Assembly: GCA_964016885.1 (NCBI GenBank)
Contig: CAXHJY010000671.1
Location: forward strand, 1 to 64,000
DNA from: Eledone cirrhosa
Lineage: Eukaryota
DNA: 64,000 nt
Direction of reading: 5' to 3'
Under the pieces are notes generated by a model, which saw only the letters and a program-made list of their open reading frames with translations, had not been told where the DNA came from and searched no databases. How positions within the stretch are numbered: the first letter of the stretch is position 1; each line of letters begins with the position of its first letter. The position numbers and the translations under genes are program-made. This document shows, piece after piece, positions 59,105 through 64,000 of the stretch.

Positions 59105-60490
59105 AAACTTTCATATCAACAGTGACATAAACCGCCTTTACTTGAAACGTAAGCAGGGAGGCAGAGGCCTAATATCAGTCCAGACAGCATTTGAATGTCG
59201 CATCATATCCCTCCGACAACATCTACGAACCTCGAAGCGTAGGGGCCCGTCTCTCGAGCAAGTCTATCTGCATGAAACAGATAAGATCATGAGAGTTGGT
59301 TAGGAACTCCTCGAGAGATATTTCCTGTGTGATAATCAAAAACTCACACCCAGGGAAGTCGCTCAGCAGTATCGCAGTGAATCCATATATGAAAAACTGC
59401 ATGCTTATCAGCAAAAAATCATGCACGAATATGTTGCCAGGAAGCTCCAGAGTGAGAGCAATATAGATAAGGAAAGTAGTCTATCTTGGACCAACAACCG
59501 CTATATTGATTCCCACTTTGAAGGATACGCTTTTGCAATCCAAGAACAGGAAATTAACACTAAAATACCTGATTCACAAAAGAGATAGGGATGCAGGCAA
59601 AACACCTTGATGTGATAACAAGTGCAGACTCTGCAGAATTAACATCGAGGATATCACCCATGTCATCAGCAGCTGTCCAAAGATGTCATCGCGGTACTAT
59701 CTACCTATGAGGCATGATGTAGTGACCAAAACACTGTACACTGCAATCCGTAGAAAAGATAGCTCGATAATAAAGACATTAAAGCTACAGCAATGTTGAA
59801 GACATCCACATACATAATATGAAAGAGTACTGGTGGAATGTTCCAGTAAAAACCCCAATAAAATGCAGGCATAACAGACCAGATATAATGATTTGGGACA
59901 GGGAAAAGAAGGCATGCACAGTAGTGGAAATTAGCTGCCCAGCAGATACCAATATAATATCAAAGATTAGCGAAAAGGAGAATATTTATGCAGAACTAAT
60001 GAGAAATCTGCAGATACTCCATCCTGATTACAGATTCAGATTTATGCCTGTGATTATTGGGGGCACTGGGGTATGTTAGTAACTGCCTCAATATAAATCT
60101 TGAGAAGCTGGGCTTCACAGGAACAGAAAGAACACAACTATTTAGGAAATTACAAGTACAATCCATTAATGAAACAGTAAAAATATGTAAAACATTCCAA
60201 AGATTTTGTATCTAATAACTGCATATACACATGTACAGATACAAAGCATATATACATGCACACATACAACTCAAAACATACACATACACGCATACAATAA
60301 CATCCATATCTACACATGCATACATACATATCTACCTAGTTGATGTTGTGTAAATTCCAATGAGAGAGTCTTGTATCTATGTTAGAAACCGACTCTCTCT
60401 CTCTATTGGTAAAAAATTTGTGAAATAATTGTTTCTACTTTAGGCACAAGGCCAGCAATTACCCAGTGAAATAATAAAACCAGAACATAT
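59105..60490 (+). pseudogene. 5'-truncated R4/Dong-like non-LTR retrotransposon (post-RT region, CCHC knuckle, restriction-like endonuclease), disrupted
   Basis: RLYLKRKQGGRGL (59133-59171), AIQEQEI, CRLC..EDITHVISSC..RHD (59623-), RPDIMIWD..VVEISCP..K..Y (59876-), stop at ~60213. Multiple stops and frameshifts. Confidence 0.85.
60430..60465 (-). mobile_element. 5'-truncated SINE 3' end inserted in the LINE 3' UTR with 10-bp TSD
   Basis: TSD gtgaaataat at 60420-60429 and 60466-60475. Confidence 0.75.
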
Positions 60491-61062
60491 ATATACATAC
60501 ATAACTATATACATACATACATAACTATATACATTTATACACATGTACCTATATACATACATATGTACCTATATATATGACGTCTACGATATCAAGGTTG
60601 TCAGTATTCAGATAAAAGAGCCTTGTTTCGCTATTAGAAGCTGTCTCCTTCTTTATTAGTTAAAAATTGAAAGGAAACACACACACACAAACTAGACACA
60701 TACATGAGGACACACACACACACACGCGCGCGCGCGCGCGCACATACAAACAGACAAACTACACACCTTAGCTCACACATACACAGACAAACACACACAC
60801 ACTAACACACAACAACCCCCAACTCTATCCCCTTACAAATACACTGCAAAGAGGGACAGATACACACAAACACAGACAGACACCCCCCTCCATATATATA
60901 TATACAGAAATACATACACACATACATACACACAAATGCACATACACAGAAATAGAGACTGACACACACGCACACATATACACAGATACACATATATTTA
61001 CACATACACACAAAAACACCAACAGACGCACACACACATACACACACACGCACGCCCACACA

Positions 61063-61117
<55 letters not shown>

Positions 61118-61491
61118 GCAGTTTTGTAACAGGTGTCACTTCCTATTTACCAATATATTGTATAGTCGAGAAAAATATCATGGTTGATTTACACCAATTC
61201 AAAGAGATGACTTATCTCCCCTTTTTTTTACAGTACATTAAGTGTAACTAAAGAAGTAAGGAAGATAGAGAAGAAAGAGGGGGTGCTGGATGTGCTTGTG
61301 GTAAGGGTAGTGAGTGGCGGGAGTGGGGGGGGGATACGTGTGGAGTAGGTTTAGAATGTGGCGTGTGGAAAGACCACAACAGACGTCCCTTTGTAGGTCG
61401 ATCAGGAAAGGAGAGAGAGAGTCTCTCTCTCTCTCTCACTCTCTCTTTCTTTCTCTCTCAATCTCCCTTTCTCTCTCTCTCAAATTGCCTT

Positions 61492-61545
<54 letters not shown>

Positions 61546-61547
61546 GA

Positions 61548-61590
<43 letters not shown>

Positions 61591-61594
61591 GAGT

Positions 61595-61746
<152 letters not shown>

Positions 61747-61838
61747 CGAGAGAGAAAGAGAGATGAGAAAAACAGAGCGAGAGAGAAAGAGAAGTATATA
61801 GATAGATATGTGTGTGTGTATGTGTGTGTGGGGGGGTA

Positions 61839-61869
<31 letters not shown>

Positions 61870-62139
61870 GCGCGTGTGTGTGTGTATTTTATGTTGTACT
61901 TTAATAGTTTAGATAAGACTGCGGGGGAGTGGTATGGTGGTAACATGGGTTATGGTGGTTTATGTGGGCTGTGACTAGCTTCTCCTATACTTAAACTTCA
62001 TTATCATACCGATGTGATGAAAGAGATGTTATATATCTGTATGTAATTATATATGTATATATTCTTTCTCCAAAATGGTTGACTGAATACACACGTGCTT
62101 TTTCTTAAATAATTATTTTTTCGTCCCTTCTACTTCTCA

Positions 62140-62576
62140 CTTTATCTTTCTATTTCTATTTCATTTTATTCTCTTTTTCATTTTTCATTCTACTTTCTGA
62201 TAAAGGACTAGTGTCCGAAACGTGAATACTCTGTTACTACTATATCAAGCATTCAACTAATATATTTCTTTCTTCAATGTGCTGTGTTTCTTGCTGTGTT
62301 GTTCCCGTTTACATTTGTGTGTGTGTTTATATATGTGTGTATGTATGTATGTATGTATCATGAATGGACCTGTTATTTTTATCTAAAGACATTAAAGACA
62401 TTTTTTTTCAAATTCCAACCCACCCGTCCCCTCAATCTATCTTATTTCTCATTCTTTCTTCTGATGAAGAACTAGCGTCCGAAACATTAAGACCCTCTTC
62501 CTGCCATATCAAGCGTTAACCTAATATATCCCTTCCATATACTGTACCGATTGTGTTGTTATTTCTATTTACCATT

Positions 62577-62580
<4 letters not shown>
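62140..62580 (+). mobile_element. two diverged tandem Penelope-like termini with minimal hammerhead cores
   Basis: 62197 CTGATAA-a-ggac-tagt-gtcc-GAAACGT and 62461 CTGATGA-a-gaac-tagc-gtcc-GAAACAT, each followed by a tatcaagc..ctaatatat..tgtgttgtt tail. Confidence 0.6.
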
Positions 62581-62633
<53 letters not shown>

Positions 62634-62857
62634 TGAAGTGAATGTTTTAAATAGCAATGCGTGTCCTAGTTGCTTAATGTCAGGTGAAGACTGCTTGTGA
62701 CATTACCCTGTAAGCGTTGAAGCGTTTCACAAACAAATATATATATACCATGACATAGTTTTAAGGCTGATCCTGTGTTACACAGGGCCTAACAAAACAG
62801 GTCCTTTGAATTACATGTAGAACAGATCTTTTTCTCCGACTGGACAGAGAGGACAGA

Positions 62858-63076
62858 AATAATTGATTCTACTTTAGGCTTAAGGCCAGCAATTTGAGGG
62901 GAGGGGAGGGGAAAATCTATTAAATCGATCCCAGTACATTACTGGCGCTTTATTTTATCGACCCCGTAAGGATGAAAGGCAAAGCTAACCTCGGCAGGAT
63001 TTGAACTCAGAACGTAAAGGGCCGTAATTTTATGCTGTGAAGAATGTTGTCCGACGCTCTACCGATTCTGCCAATC
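62858..63076 (-). mobile_element. tRNA-derived SINE, full length (long-3' variant)
   Basis: Reverse complement of the SINE consensus, including the gatttaat..ccctcccc segment also seen at 20625. Confidence 0.85.
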
Positions 63077-63598
63077 GGACGTATTTCCCCATCGTTCCTA
63101 AAGGCAGGAGAGCTGATACTGGGAAATAAAGTGTTTAGTTCAAGGATCCCAAGCACCACTAGAAATCGAACTTCGTTCTTACAATATGGAGCTAAACATC
63201 CTAAGCACTAACCCACATGTACAGACGCACCAACACTCCTGGAGCAACGAGGAAATAAAGAAGATTTGTTTACAAGCTAATATCGCATCCATTAATACAA
63301 TAGGAAATGTATTCCTATATATTTTTTCAAGGAAATAAATAAAAATATTTCTCGCCTATCCCACATATCTTCCGGAAATTTCCTTTTTAAAAAACTAAAG
63401 ACGTCTTTGTGACGTTCTTTCAAGGAAAACATTCAATAACAACATAGAAACCAAACATACCACAGGAAATCACCATCTTCAGTCAATAATGTAAAATTCA
63501 GAGTTAATATATAGTACACACACACCACAAAACGCAGAAACACGCATGAACACACACACACACACATACACACACACATAAATATCATGTGAAATCAA

Positions 63599-63639
<41 letters not shown>

Positions 63640-63848
63640 TCATATTGATTTCGCGTTTTATTTTCCAAGTTTTGCGGAAGTTCGTCGACGACATATAAGT
63701 GTATCTGATGGCGCCATGTCATGTGATGTCGCACATCACGTGACACAACGCCATCTTGTCCATTGCTTTTATAACTGCTACCAAAGTCCACTATAGATGG
63801 CTGTGATCAAATTATAAAGGATCAATAAGGACAACTACATGGCGCTTA

Positions 63849-63982
<134 letters not shown>

Positions 63983-64000
63983 GTGTGTGCGTGTGTGTGT

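Overview
Eukaryotic, gene-empty, extremely microsatellite-rich window. It is most likely an octopod cephalopod, inferred from the tRNA-derived SINE family and repeat landscape. I found no intact host protein-coding gene; nearly all ORFs in the track are translations of (TA)n, (CA)n, (GA)n, (CATA)n or trinucleotide repeats. The unique-sequence islands are almost all mobile-element remnants: tRNA-derived SINEs, 3' fragments of RTE-type LINEs, a decayed R4/Dong-like retrotransposon with a restriction-like endonuclease, three copies of a ~600-bp bipartite RTE-derived element, and a Tigger-like MITE. The most striking signal is a set of short elements from at least six unrelated families, all sitting in (TA)n tracts. 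They share one architecture: an inverted arm, a direct arm and a one-sided 3' tail. Several carry minimal type-I hammerhead ribozyme folds (CUGANGA...GAAA, palindromic helix III, NUH site), some with covarying stems and some on both strands of the same hairpin. This matches termini (pLTRs) of Penelope-like retroelements. About 8 complete or near-complete hammerhead folds plus several degenerate ones occur in 64 kb, with a same-polarity cluster at 53.6-55.3 kb.
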